Shown here piece by piece: positions 27,938 through 35,680 of a stretch of DNA of 64,000 nucleotides. This DNA is from an uncultured Solirubrobacterales bacterium (lineage in GTDB: Bacteria; Actinomycetota; Thermoleophilia; Solirubrobacterales; Solirubrobacteraceae). The notes under the pieces were generated by a model. It saw only the letters and a program-made list of their open reading frames with translations, was not told the origin of the DNA and made no database searches. The position numbers were made by a program, and so were the translations under genes. How positions within the stretch are numbered: position 1 is the first letter of the stretch; each line of letters starts with the position of its first letter. The stretch lies in the NCBI GenBank assembly GCA_963844095.1, contig CAWJND010000003.1, forward strand, positions 557,924-621,923. The letters run 5' to 3'.

Positions 27938-29187
27938 ACCCGCTCCAGCTTCGTCTCGATCGGCAGCTCGAGGATGCCGCCGCTTGCGGTGCCGTGGACC
28001 ATGACCGAAGCCATGTCCTCGACGAGCGCGATCGCGCTCTCGCCCGTGCCCTCCCGTGCCAGCGAAGGCGTCAGCAAGTAGCGCGACGGGGTCAGCCAGT
28101 TGGGGATCGCAAAGCGTGCGACCACCGATTCGCCTGGCTTGAAGGAGCCGCTTTGGTGACCGTGCTGGTCGGAGCGCGCGACGACGATCGTGTGGCCGAG
28201 ATCGGTGCGCAAGGTGACGGCGAACACTGGGTTCTCGAGCGCCTCGGCGATGCGTGCCTCAAAGCACATGCTGATGTGGTCTTCCTGGCTTGAGCTTGTG
28301 ATGCGCTCGCCTTGCTCGTTCTCAAACCAGGCGTCGGCGATTGCCGTGCCAGAGCTCGAATGGCTCTCCTCGGGGGCGTCGTGGGCTAGTTGGCCGAAGT
28401 TGAGCTCGTGATAGGCGCGTCCCACCTCGCGTGGGTCGCCGATCTTGGTCATCTTGCCGTGCTCCATCAGCATTGCTCTGTTGCAGAAGCGCTCGACGGA
28501 GTACATGTCGTGGGAGACGAACACGATTGTTTTGCCTTCGCGCTTGAGACGGAAGAACTCCTCGAAGCACTTCTGCTGGAAGGCGGCGTCGCCGACGGCC
28601 AAGACCTCATCGATCAGCAGGATCTCGGCGTCCACTTGGATCGCGGTGGCGAAGGCCAGGCGCACGAGCATTCCAGAGGAGTAGTTCTTCAGGCGCAGAT
28701 CCATGAAGCCCTCGAGTTCGGCGAAGGCGACGACGTGTTCGAAGCGCTCCATCGCCTGTTTGCGGCTGAGTCCCAGCATGATCGCGTTGATGACGACGTT
28801 GTCGCGCGCGTTGAGGTCGGGGTTGAAGCCGACACCGAGCTCGATGAACGGGGAGAGTCGGCCCGCGACCGATATACGTCCGACGTCAACTCGGTAGATG
28901 CCGGCGATGCACTTCAAGAGGGTGCTCTTGCCGCTGCCATTGCGCCCGACGATCCCGAAGAATTCTCCCTCGGCGATCTCAAGCGTTATGTCCTGGACGG
29001 CTTTCAGCTCGTCGTACTCGGTCGAGCGAAACGGATGCAGTGCACGCTCCTTGAGCGTCGAGTACTGCTGGTGGGGCAGACGGAAGGTCTTGCTGACGTT
29101 CTCGATCGAGATCGCGGACGGGCGCCCCGGCGGGACGGACACCGCTTGTGCGGAGGACGGTGGGTCGGTGGTTGTGGTCGTGGGCAA
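27934..29187 (-). CDS. wzt: Polysaccharide ABC exporter ATPase with C-terminal carbohydrate-binding domain
   Basis: GRNGSGKST, NYSSGM, LLIDEVLAVGDAAFQQKC, about 150-aa C-terminal beta domain; start uncertain. Confidence 0.93.
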   Translation of the reverse strand: MPTTTTTDPPSSAQAVSVPPGRPSAISIENVSKTFRLPHQQYSTLKERALHPFRSTEYDELKAVQDITLEIAEGEFFGIVGRNGSGKSTLLKCIAGIYRVDVGRISVAGRLSPFIELGVGFNPDLNARDNVVINAIMLGLSRKQAMERFEHVVAFAELEGFMDLRLKNYSSGMLVRLAFATAIQVDAEILLIDEVLAVGDAAFQQKCFEEFFRLKREGKTIVFVSHDMYSVERFCNRAMLMEHGKMTKIGDPREVGRAYHELNFGQLAHDAPEESHSSSGTAIADAWFENEQGERITSSSQEDHISMCFEARIAEALENPVFAVTLRTDLGHTIVVARSDQHGHQSGSFKPGESVVARFAIPNWLTPSRYLLTPSLAREGTGESAIALVEDMASVMVHGTASGGILELPIETKLERV

Positions 29188-29374
29188 GAGCTTGTGAACG
29201 CTAGCAACCGTCTCCCCGGCGGATGGCCCGACGAATGGCTTGGACCGCCAAAGACACCGGCACGTAGGCGAGCCATTGGGCCGGGCAGAAGTACAGAACG
29301 CCTCGGAATGGGAAGAGTTGCTGTGACAGCGCCACGGTGGCCGGTTGTCTTGTCCGGCGCTTAGGCTTCTGCTC

Positions 29375-30787
29375 ATGGCCAAGTCCGTCGCTGAGCTCCT
29401 GTCAGAACGCGAGGGGACCCGCCTTGACTTCAAGCGAGACCTATCGAGCATGAAGAGAGTCTTGGAGACCATCTGCTCGTTCCTGAACACCGCTGGAGGG
29501 ACTGTGGTCGTAGGCGTTGAGGATCAGACGAGAGTGGCCCTTGGACTCGGTGACGTAGAGAAGCAGGAGGAGAAGCTGGCGAATGCGGTGGCGAACGCGA
29601 TCGAGCCGCAGCCCACCGTCCAGCTGGAGATGGCGACCTACGAAGGGCGTGACTTGCTACTGCTGCGTGCTTCCTATGCGGCTGGACCCTTCTTCATCAA
29701 GGAGAGAGGCAAGGATCAGGGAACATTTGTCCGGATCGGAAGCAACTCCCTCCCAGCGAGCCCTGAGAAGGTAGCCGAGCTCGAACGGGCACGGCAAACG
29801 GGTGCGTGGGACCAGGAGCCGGTGGTGGGATTGGCCCGCGAAGATCTCGACCAAGAGTCGATCAAGCGGTGGCTGGAGCTGGTTGGGGAGCGTCCAACAG
29901 ACGCCAAGTTGCGCAGTCTCGGTGTGTTGAGCGAATACGGAGGCCAACTGGTCCCCACACGTGCCGGAATCATCCTATTTGGACGAGGACGGGCCCTCCA
30001 TTTTCCCGATGCGCAGATCCGGTGCGCTCGGTTTCGCGGAAACGACAAGAGCAGGCCGGCAGTTAAGAGCGAGGAGAGCGACGGGACCGTGCTCGACGGG
30101 ATCGAGGTGGCAGTGCGGTTCATCGAGCGCAACACCGACCAAGTCGTTCAGATCACGGAGCGTACGCAGCGAGCGGAGTTGGACCTCTTCCCGAGCGTGG
30201 CGGTGCGCGAGATCCTCAACAACGCCGTCGCTCATGCGGATTACGCTGTGGAGGGGGCCTCCATCTTCGTTGCTTTGTACGCGGATCGTCTGGAGATCTC
30301 GAGTCCCGGCACATGGCCTCCAGGGTTCTCCAGGGAGGACTTCGAATCGGGTGTCAGCCTCCGCCGCAATAAGGCGATATCGCGGGTGTTGATGCGCTTG
30401 GGGGTGATCGAGGGTTATGGGAGCGGGTATGACCGTGTCGTAGCGGCGTGTCGCGACGACGGCTATCCGGCGCCTGAGTGGATTGAGAACGGGCCCCAGA
30501 TCAAGGTCGTATTGCGGCCGCATCCCAACAGCGGTCTGTCACCGAAGCTGGCCGGCGAGGATTTGAGGCAAGTTGAGCGAGCGTCACAGGCCCGGCTGCA
30601 CCCGGAGCAGCGGTATGCCGTGGTGTTGCAAGCAATCGAAGAGCTCGAGCGACCCAATACGGGTGATATTCAGCGGCACACGGGGATTTCGACGAGGAGC
30701 CTGGGGCGGGATCTTCGTCATCTTCGCGAAGGTGGGTATGTTGAGTTCGTCGGGTCCCGGCAGACGGGATTCTACCGTCGCAAGTAA
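29375..30787 (+). CDS. AlbA_2 (Schlafen-like) plus HATPase_c_4 plus HTH protein
   Basis: EGTRLDFK..FLNTAGGTVVVGVED; REILNNAVAHADY, RLEISSPG, RRNKAI, IEGYGSG; C-terminal HTH ending GSRQTGFY. Confidence 0.9.
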   Translation: MAKSVAELLSEREGTRLDFKRDLSSMKRVLETICSFLNTAGGTVVVGVEDQTRVALGLGDVEKQEEKLANAVANAIEPQPTVQLEMATYEGRDLLLLRASYAAGPFFIKERGKDQGTFVRIGSNSLPASPEKVAELERARQTGAWDQEPVVGLAREDLDQESIKRWLELVGERPTDAKLRSLGVLSEYGGQLVPTRAGIILFGRGRALHFPDAQIRCARFRGNDKSRPAVKSEESDGTVLDGIEVAVRFIERNTDQVVQITERTQRAELDLFPSVAVREILNNAVAHADYAVEGASIFVALYADRLEISSPGTWPPGFSREDFESGVSLRRNKAISRVLMRLGVIEGYGSGYDRVVAACRDDGYPAPEWIENGPQIKVVLRPHPNSGLSPKLAGEDLRQVERASQARLHPEQRYAVVLQAIEELERPNTGDIQRHTGISTRSLGRDLRHLREGGYVEFVGSRQTGFYRRK

Positions 30788-30792
30788 GCGGC

Positions 30793-30841
30793 TCTGCCAC
30801 ATTCTGCCACATTCTGCCACATTCTGCCACATTCTGCCACA
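30793..30841 (+). repeat. 10-bp tandem repeat (ATTCTGCCAC), about 5 copies
   Basis: tctgccac followed by four exact attctgccac units directly after the stop of 29375-30787. Confidence 0.95.
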
Positions 30842-30865
30842 GGGTGAGGCAGGATCTACTGCAGG

Positions 30866-31303
30866 CTAGCGGTCTTCCCGCAGCGGGTCTTCCCAACGCA
30901 ACCCCTGGAAGCGTGCGAAGTCCGTGTCACACGAGCAGAGCAGTGCGCCGTGCTCGATCGCCAGCGCGGCCAAGTGCGCGTCGGTTGTGAGGTTGCCGGC
31001 GGCGCCGAGTGGCGACAGCAGCTCGCGCAGGACGGCCGCGTGGCGCTCTGTCGGGTTGATCACTGTGACGCACGGTTGATCGAGCCAGCTCTCGACGATC
31101 TCGATCGCCGCGTCCACGCTGAGTGGCTGCTCGACCACGGCCGAGCGTGTGCTCAGGCGGATGAACGTGAGCAGCACCGTCCACGACAGGGCCACGGTCT
31201 CCGCTCCGGAGAGCGTTTGCTCCAGCCAGTCGCGGGCTGCGCTGTGGCGCGGTGAGCGGGAGTCGTATGCGTATAGGAGGAGGTTGACGTCAGGCAGCTT
31301 CAC
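30866..31303 (-). CDS. vapC: VapC PIN toxin
   Basis: PDVNLLLYA, GNLTTDAHLAALAIEHG..DTDFARF. Confidence 0.93.
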   Translation of the reverse strand: MKLPDVNLLLYAYDSRSPRHSAARDWLEQTLSGAETVALSWTVLLTFIRLSTRSAVVEQPLSVDAAIEIVESWLDQPCVTVINPTERHAAVLRELLSPLGAAGNLTTDAHLAALAIEHGALLCSCDTDFARFQGLRWEDPLREDR

Positions 31304-31560
31304 TTGCGCAGCTCGAGCTTGCGCAGGATCTCGCTGTCTTCGATCTTGCCGGCGAGGCTCAGGGCCTTGTCCACGTCAACATCGGGGCGGATGCCCAGAG
31401 GTCGTGCATGCACGTGGAAGCTCTTGGTTGGCGCTGCGCCGGCGGCGAGGCCGGCGCGAACGGCATCGTTGAGGGCGCCCTTGAAGGACACTCCCCGCTC
31501 GCGCGATACCTGCTGGAGCTTCGCGGCCACATCCTCGTCGAGGGTTACTGTGGTTCGCAT
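31300..31560 (-). CDS. vapB: VapB antitoxin
   Basis: MRTTVTLDEDV..SFKGALNDAVRAGL; TATGAT -10 box 6 nt upstream and CAGCAG-n5-CTGCTG palindrome at 31574-31590. Confidence 0.9.
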   Translation of the reverse strand: MRTTVTLDEDVAAKLQQVSRERGVSFKGALNDAVRAGLAAGAAPTKSFHVHARPLGIRPDVDVDKALSLAGKIEDSEILRKLELRK

Positions 31561-31738
31561 ATAAGCATCATAGCAGCAGGTAGGCTGCTGTCATGAGTGC
31601 ATCCTTTTGTTTTGGGCCTAAGGGCTGACTCGCAAGCGGGGCCGGGTGGAGCGAAGCTCGGCTTGTCTGCCGTAGGGGTGACGGCAAGGCCCAGTAATTT
31701 GGGTCGGCCACGGTCACGCGCGTTCACGGCCGTTTGGT

Positions 31739-31936
31739 CTATTGCGTGACGCTCGGCGCCTTGGCGAATTCTGGGTCGCCGGTGGGCAGGCCGTCTTCGC
31801 CATAGGTCATCAGCGTGATGTCCTCGGCTGCCTCGGGCTCAGCCTCGACGATGCGTTGTAGAGCAGCACGTGCAGCCGGCTCCTCCTCGTAGGAGGAGAT
31901 CATATTGCCGGTGCTGCTGAGCAGAACGTAGTGCAT
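31739..31936 (-). CDS. Small acidic hypothetical protein (65 aa)
   Basis: MHYVLLSSTGNMISSYEEEPAARAAL...; ATG 2 nt after the stop of the upstream ORF. Confidence 0.7.
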   Translation of the reverse strand: MHYVLLSSTGNMISSYEEEPAARAALQRIVEAEPEAAEDITLMTYGEDGLPTGDPEFAKAPSVTQ

Positions 31937-31938
31937 CG

Positions 31939-32358
31939 CTAATCGCCTACAGGAAGGATATCGGCTATACAAGCGAGCAACTGCAACGGTCTTCCCCATA
32001 CGGTCATATGTCCTGGCTGAGCCGTATGAGCCCAGCAGAAGCCGTTTCCAGGCTCAAGTCGAACCTCTGCGATGTGGCGACCGAGACGAGGCCAGCGTCG
32101 AGCCGTGGCGGCTGCCATCTCTCGCTCCAGGTACATCGATAGACCAAAGTGAATCAACACCGACTCGACCTCCAGGCCGCGCGGGCGTGCATCGCGCTCA
32201 TAGCTGGAGCGGAACACATCGAGCATTACCGGGTCGCTGCGGTGGACGCTTTTGACGATGCGGTAGGCGGTCACAAGCTCGTCCGTTGTATTGACGATCA
32301 GCCGACCTCTGCCGCCGTCGTCCCTCGCGGTACCGATGTCCGCCTCCGTGCGTCCCAT
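31939..32358 (-). CDS. Hypothetical protein with ADP-ribosyltransferase-like motif order
   Basis: TAYRIV..VFRSS..GLSMY..HIAEVRL..GHMTVWG; TACAAT -10 box 7 nt before ATG 32358. Confidence 0.65.
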   Translation of the reverse strand: MGRTEADIGTARDDGGRGRLIVNTTDELVTAYRIVKSVHRSDPVMLDVFRSSYERDARPRGLEVESVLIHFGLSMYLEREMAAATARRWPRLGRHIAEVRLEPGNGFCWAHTAQPGHMTVWGRPLQLLACIADILPVGD

Positions 32359-32438
32359 GTAGCGCATTGTACTCGCTGGCAAGGACGCCAAAATCAGCAG
32401 GTACGGCCTAAAACCGGCTGTTGACGGTGCCCCCTCTT

Positions 32439-32470
32439 CCGTCTGGATGCAAATAAGTGCATCCAGACGG
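32439..32470. terminator. Perfect 13-bp hairpin downstream of the methyltransferase gene
   Basis: CCGTCTGGATGCA-aataag-TGCATCCAGACGG, about 20 nt after the stop at 32490; no U-tract, so it could instead be a REP-like element. Confidence 0.5.
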
Positions 32471-32489
32471 TGGCGCCGATCACGGCAGC

Positions 32490-33584
32490 TCAGACCCGCT
32501 GCAGCACGTATACGTCCTGGTTCTCTTGGTTGCGTCCGGGGGCGAACTCGAGTATGCGCCAGGCGGGGCAGAGGTTTGTGAGCATCCACTCTGGGGTGAG
32601 GAAGGCTGTGCCCCAGTCTGGGTTGACGACGCCCCAGTCGCCCTCCTCGCCGAACTCTGGCGCATACCAACTGCCGTTGCGGTAGAGGGTGTCGCGAATC
32701 TCTTGTGATTGCTCGGGGCTGCGCATGCCTCCGAGGGCGTAGTGGGCGACTGAGGTGAGGCCGTGGGTTGTGCAGACCAAGTGGCCGCCTGGGCGGATGA
32801 TGCGGTGCATCTCTGTGAACCAGTGCAGGCCGAGCTCGGGCGCGAAGTGCGACCAGATCGAGATCGCGTAGGCGAGGTCGAGCGAGGCATCGGGCAGCGG
32901 CAGTGGCGGGGCGTCGCCGCTTACGAAGAAATCGATGCCGGGCAGGTGCTCGTTTGCCCAGGCGATCGCGGGGGCGTTGGGGTCGCAACCCTGCCACTTG
33001 ATGTCTGGGTAGGCGGCGGCCAGGACCCGGACCACGCGCCCGGAGGAGCAGCCGAAGTCCAGGGCGCTGCTTACGTCCGTCATCTCGACGCCGACGCCGG
33101 CTAGGGCGTCGGCGACCATGTTGGCCTCGTACAAGCCCCCCGCCGCTGAGAGCGGTCCCCGGGCCATCGCGTGCACATCCTCAGGGGGCTGATCGGTTAT
33201 CAGGCCGCTCTTCTCGATCACCGATGGGACCCCTAGCCAGAGACCGTAGGCGAGCACGAGGTCTGGGGATGGGTCGGGGTCGCGGCAGGCTAGGTAGTGG
33301 GCTTCCAGCTCGGGAGAGCCTGCCAAGCGTTGCTCCAGCTCGCCCAGATCATCCGTACTCAAGCGGGCGGCGATCAGGCTCGAGACGCGATCTCGATCGC
33401 CAGCAAGGCGGGCCGCCGGAGTATCGCGGGCAAGCTCGCTGGCCTGTGGTCTCGGCGGCTCTGGCGGAGGTGGTGGTGGGGGTGGCGGTAGGGTTACTTC
33501 GTATGGGGAGCCGGTAGCGCTGAGGGCGCGGCTCGCGGCTCGCTCGATGACTTGTCGTACCAGAGGGCGCCTTGTCGATGTCAT
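32490..33584 (-). CDS. Class I SAM-dependent methyltransferase with poly-Pro N-terminal linker
   Basis: ALDFGCSSGRV, DLAYAISIWSH, RIIRPGG, QDVYVL. Confidence 0.9.
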   Translation of the reverse strand: MTSTRRPLVRQVIERAASRALSATGSPYEVTLPPPPPPPPPEPPRPQASELARDTPAARLAGDRDRVSSLIAARLSTDDLGELEQRLAGSPELEAHYLACRDPDPSPDLVLAYGLWLGVPSVIEKSGLITDQPPEDVHAMARGPLSAAGGLYEANMVADALAGVGVEMTDVSSALDFGCSSGRVVRVLAAAYPDIKWQGCDPNAPAIAWANEHLPGIDFFVSGDAPPLPLPDASLDLAYAISIWSHFAPELGLHWFTEMHRIIRPGGHLVCTTHGLTSVAHYALGGMRSPEQSQEIRDTLYRNGSWYAPEFGEEGDWGVVNPDWGTAFLTPEWMLTNLCPAWRILEFAPGRNQENQDVYVLQRV

Positions 33585-33632
33585 GGTGAGTGGGAATCTA
33601 GCGTAAGAAAACTAGACAATCACTACTTTGCT

Positions 33633-34583
33633 TTATACGCCACGCCGCTCGTACGGCAACTGCAATATCCATTCCCAACTTGCTCGAATACCAACCTCAA
33701 GCGGCGTAGTTGCCTCCCAGCCAAGGTGGCGATTAGCACGCGTGCAATCGAGGCGGGTCACCGGAACATCTACTGGCCTGGCGGGGACATGGTGAATGTC
33801 AGCCTGACGCCCAGAAGCTTGCTCAAGTGCCCCAAGTAGACTCCGGAGTGACCACGACTCGCCCGATCCGATGTTGTAGATCGCCGGTCCCGTTCCCTCA
33901 AGACCAGCAAGCGCTGTTGCCTCGGCAGCGTCATCTATAAATATGAAGTCGCGCTGGGCCTGCCCATCACCGTAGAGAACGATTGTCTCGTCATGTGCTA
34001 GAGCCTCGCACCAGGCCGCTACGACACCTTGCCCGTGGCGTGGAAGTTGCCCGGGGCCGTAAGGATTAGAGTAGCGGAGGATTATTGGCTCAAAGCTGTG
34101 CTGCTCCGCGAAAAACATCGCATAGCGCTCGACGGTCAGGGAGTTATGGCCGTGCAGGCTGATAGGTGTGGTCTGATGTTCCTCGCTTGTGGGCAGCTGC
34201 CTCACGGCTCCGTATACTGTGCCGCCCGAAGAGGCTAGGACGATCCTCCGCGTCGATGTATCGCGCATCAGGTCGAGTACCGCAGCTGCTGGCACCACCG
34301 AAGTGGTGATCGCACCGCCGGGATCGGTTTGGGCCATCGCTGGCGTACTCGACCCCGCCATATAGAAGACGATGTCAGCGGCGTCGATCAGTTCGAGCAG
34401 CCCGCGGCCGGTGGGGAGCTCTCCTTCGACCAATTCGATGTGGCCCTTGCTGGAGCGATCAGTATGTACTAGCCACTCGCTAAATGAACGGCTATACAGC
34501 ACAACTGCGTGACCCAGGCTCGCGAGCCGATGGGCTACGTGCGATCCAAGGAAACCGCCGCCAATGACCAGGCACTCGGCTAT
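33633..34583 (-). CDS. NAD-dependent epimerase/dehydratase (extended SDR); no canonical start codon
   Basis: Frame extends upstream of the listed ORF to ECLVIGGGFLGSH; SSGGTVYG, RYSNPYGP, RDFIFIDD; the catalytic YxxxK position reads HGHNS. Confidence 0.8.
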   Translation of the reverse strand: MAECLVIGGGFLGSHVAHRLASLGHAVVLYSRSFSEWLVHTDRSSKGHIELVEGELPTGRGLLELIDAADIVFYMAGSSTPAMAQTDPGGAITTSVVPAAAVLDLMRDTSTRRIVLASSGGTVYGAVRQLPTSEEHQTTPISLHGHNSLTVERYAMFFAEQHSFEPIILRYSNPYGPGQLPRHGQGVVAAWCEALAHDETIVLYGDGQAQRDFIFIDDAAEATALAGLEGTGPAIYNIGSGESWSLRSLLGALEQASGRQADIHHVPARPVDVPVTRLDCTRANRHLGWEATTPLEVGIRASWEWILQLPYERRGV

Positions 34584-34783
34584 AAGGCTATCCTGGCGCG
34601 ACAGGTGCCGCGATAGATATGGTTGTAGGCAAGCATGATCGGCAGTCTATATGGGCGGGCAGAGGGCACGACGAGATGCTGCATTAGGATACGTGGTTCA
34701 ATTGCCGTAGCGAGTAGGTAGCGTCCGACAGGCATCGAAGCAACCGCTATCAATCTGAAATATTGACGATCAGGATCAAAAGA

Positions 34784-35680
34784 ATGCAGAACTTGGACAT
34801 CTTGGACATTTTCGCCGATACCTACTGGCAGATGTCCTTCGGGGAGCGTGCGGCCCTGGAGGGCGTGTTGAGCCAGCTACAACCGAAGCTCTCGATTGAG
34901 CTTGGAACTGCCGAGGGGGGCAGCCTGAGCAGGATCGCAGCCCACTCTAGCGAGGTTCATTCATTCGATCTTGTGGCACCACAGCTCCCTGTCGCAGAAG
35001 AGAAGCACGTGACAATTCACACCGGCGATTCACATGAGACTCTACCGAGAGAGCTCGAGCGTTTCGCGGAGAAGGGCCGAAATATCGACTTCGTTTTGGT
35101 CAACGGTGACCATTCTTCCGATGGTGTTAGGCGAGATATCGAGGATCTCCTCAATTCTACCGCCGTTGCCCGGACAGTGATTCTGATTCACGACACCACC
35201 AATCCAACAGTTCGTGCGGGACTTGATGCGGTGCATTACGGTGCCTGGCCGAAGGTGGCACACGTAGACATGGATTTCGTGCCTGGGTACATGTTTCTGG
35301 AAGAGCGTCTCAGGAATGAGCTGTGGGGTGGGCTTGGTCTGCTGATTATCGATTCGTCGCGGCTCGCGTATGGAGCTCCGTCCGTGATACAGGAACGCTA
35401 TTATCCTGCTGCGCCAATATTTGAACGCATTCGCGATCTTGTAATAGCTCAAGAATCTGACTCGGGTCTTCAAGAGGTTGAGCGTCTTCCTACCGATACC
35501 ACACCCGACGAGAAGCTTCAAAAGCACATCGAGGAGCTAGAGTCAGAGATATTGCGAATTTCGAGCGTGTCGACGCACCATGAGGCACTATGGCATGCCA
35601 TGATGAATTCCGTGAGTTGGAAGATTACGGCGCCGGTACGTGCGCTGGCGGCACAGGCTCGCTCGCGGACGCGTGATTAA
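34784..35680 (+). CDS. Class I SAM methyltransferase (Methyltransf_24-like) with C-terminal coiled coil
   Basis: IELGTAEGGS, GDSHETL, FVLVNGDHS, LIHDT; ends LESEILR..SVSWKITAPVR. Confidence 0.8.
   Translation: MQNLDILDIFADTYWQMSFGERAALEGVLSQLQPKLSIELGTAEGGSLSRIAAHSSEVHSFDLVAPQLPVAEEKHVTIHTGDSHETLPRELERFAEKGRNIDFVLVNGDHSSDGVRRDIEDLLNSTAVARTVILIHDTTNPTVRAGLDAVHYGAWPKVAHVDMDFVPGYMFLEERLRNELWGGLGLLIIDSSRLAYGAPSVIQERYYPAAPIFERIRDLVIAQESDSGLQEVERLPTDTTPDEKLQKHIEELESEILRISSVSTHHEALWHAMMNSVSWKITAPVRALAAQARSRTRD

Noticed and set aside
30793-30841. Possible CRISPR array
   Set aside because: 10-bp units with no spacers and no cas genes
32359-32997. Arg-rich N-terminal part of ORF 31939-32997
   Set aside because: Alternate frame of the methyltransferase; a -10 box supports the start at 32358
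33465-33490. GGT triplet run
   Set aside because: Encodes an in-frame poly-proline linker; slippage would not shift frame
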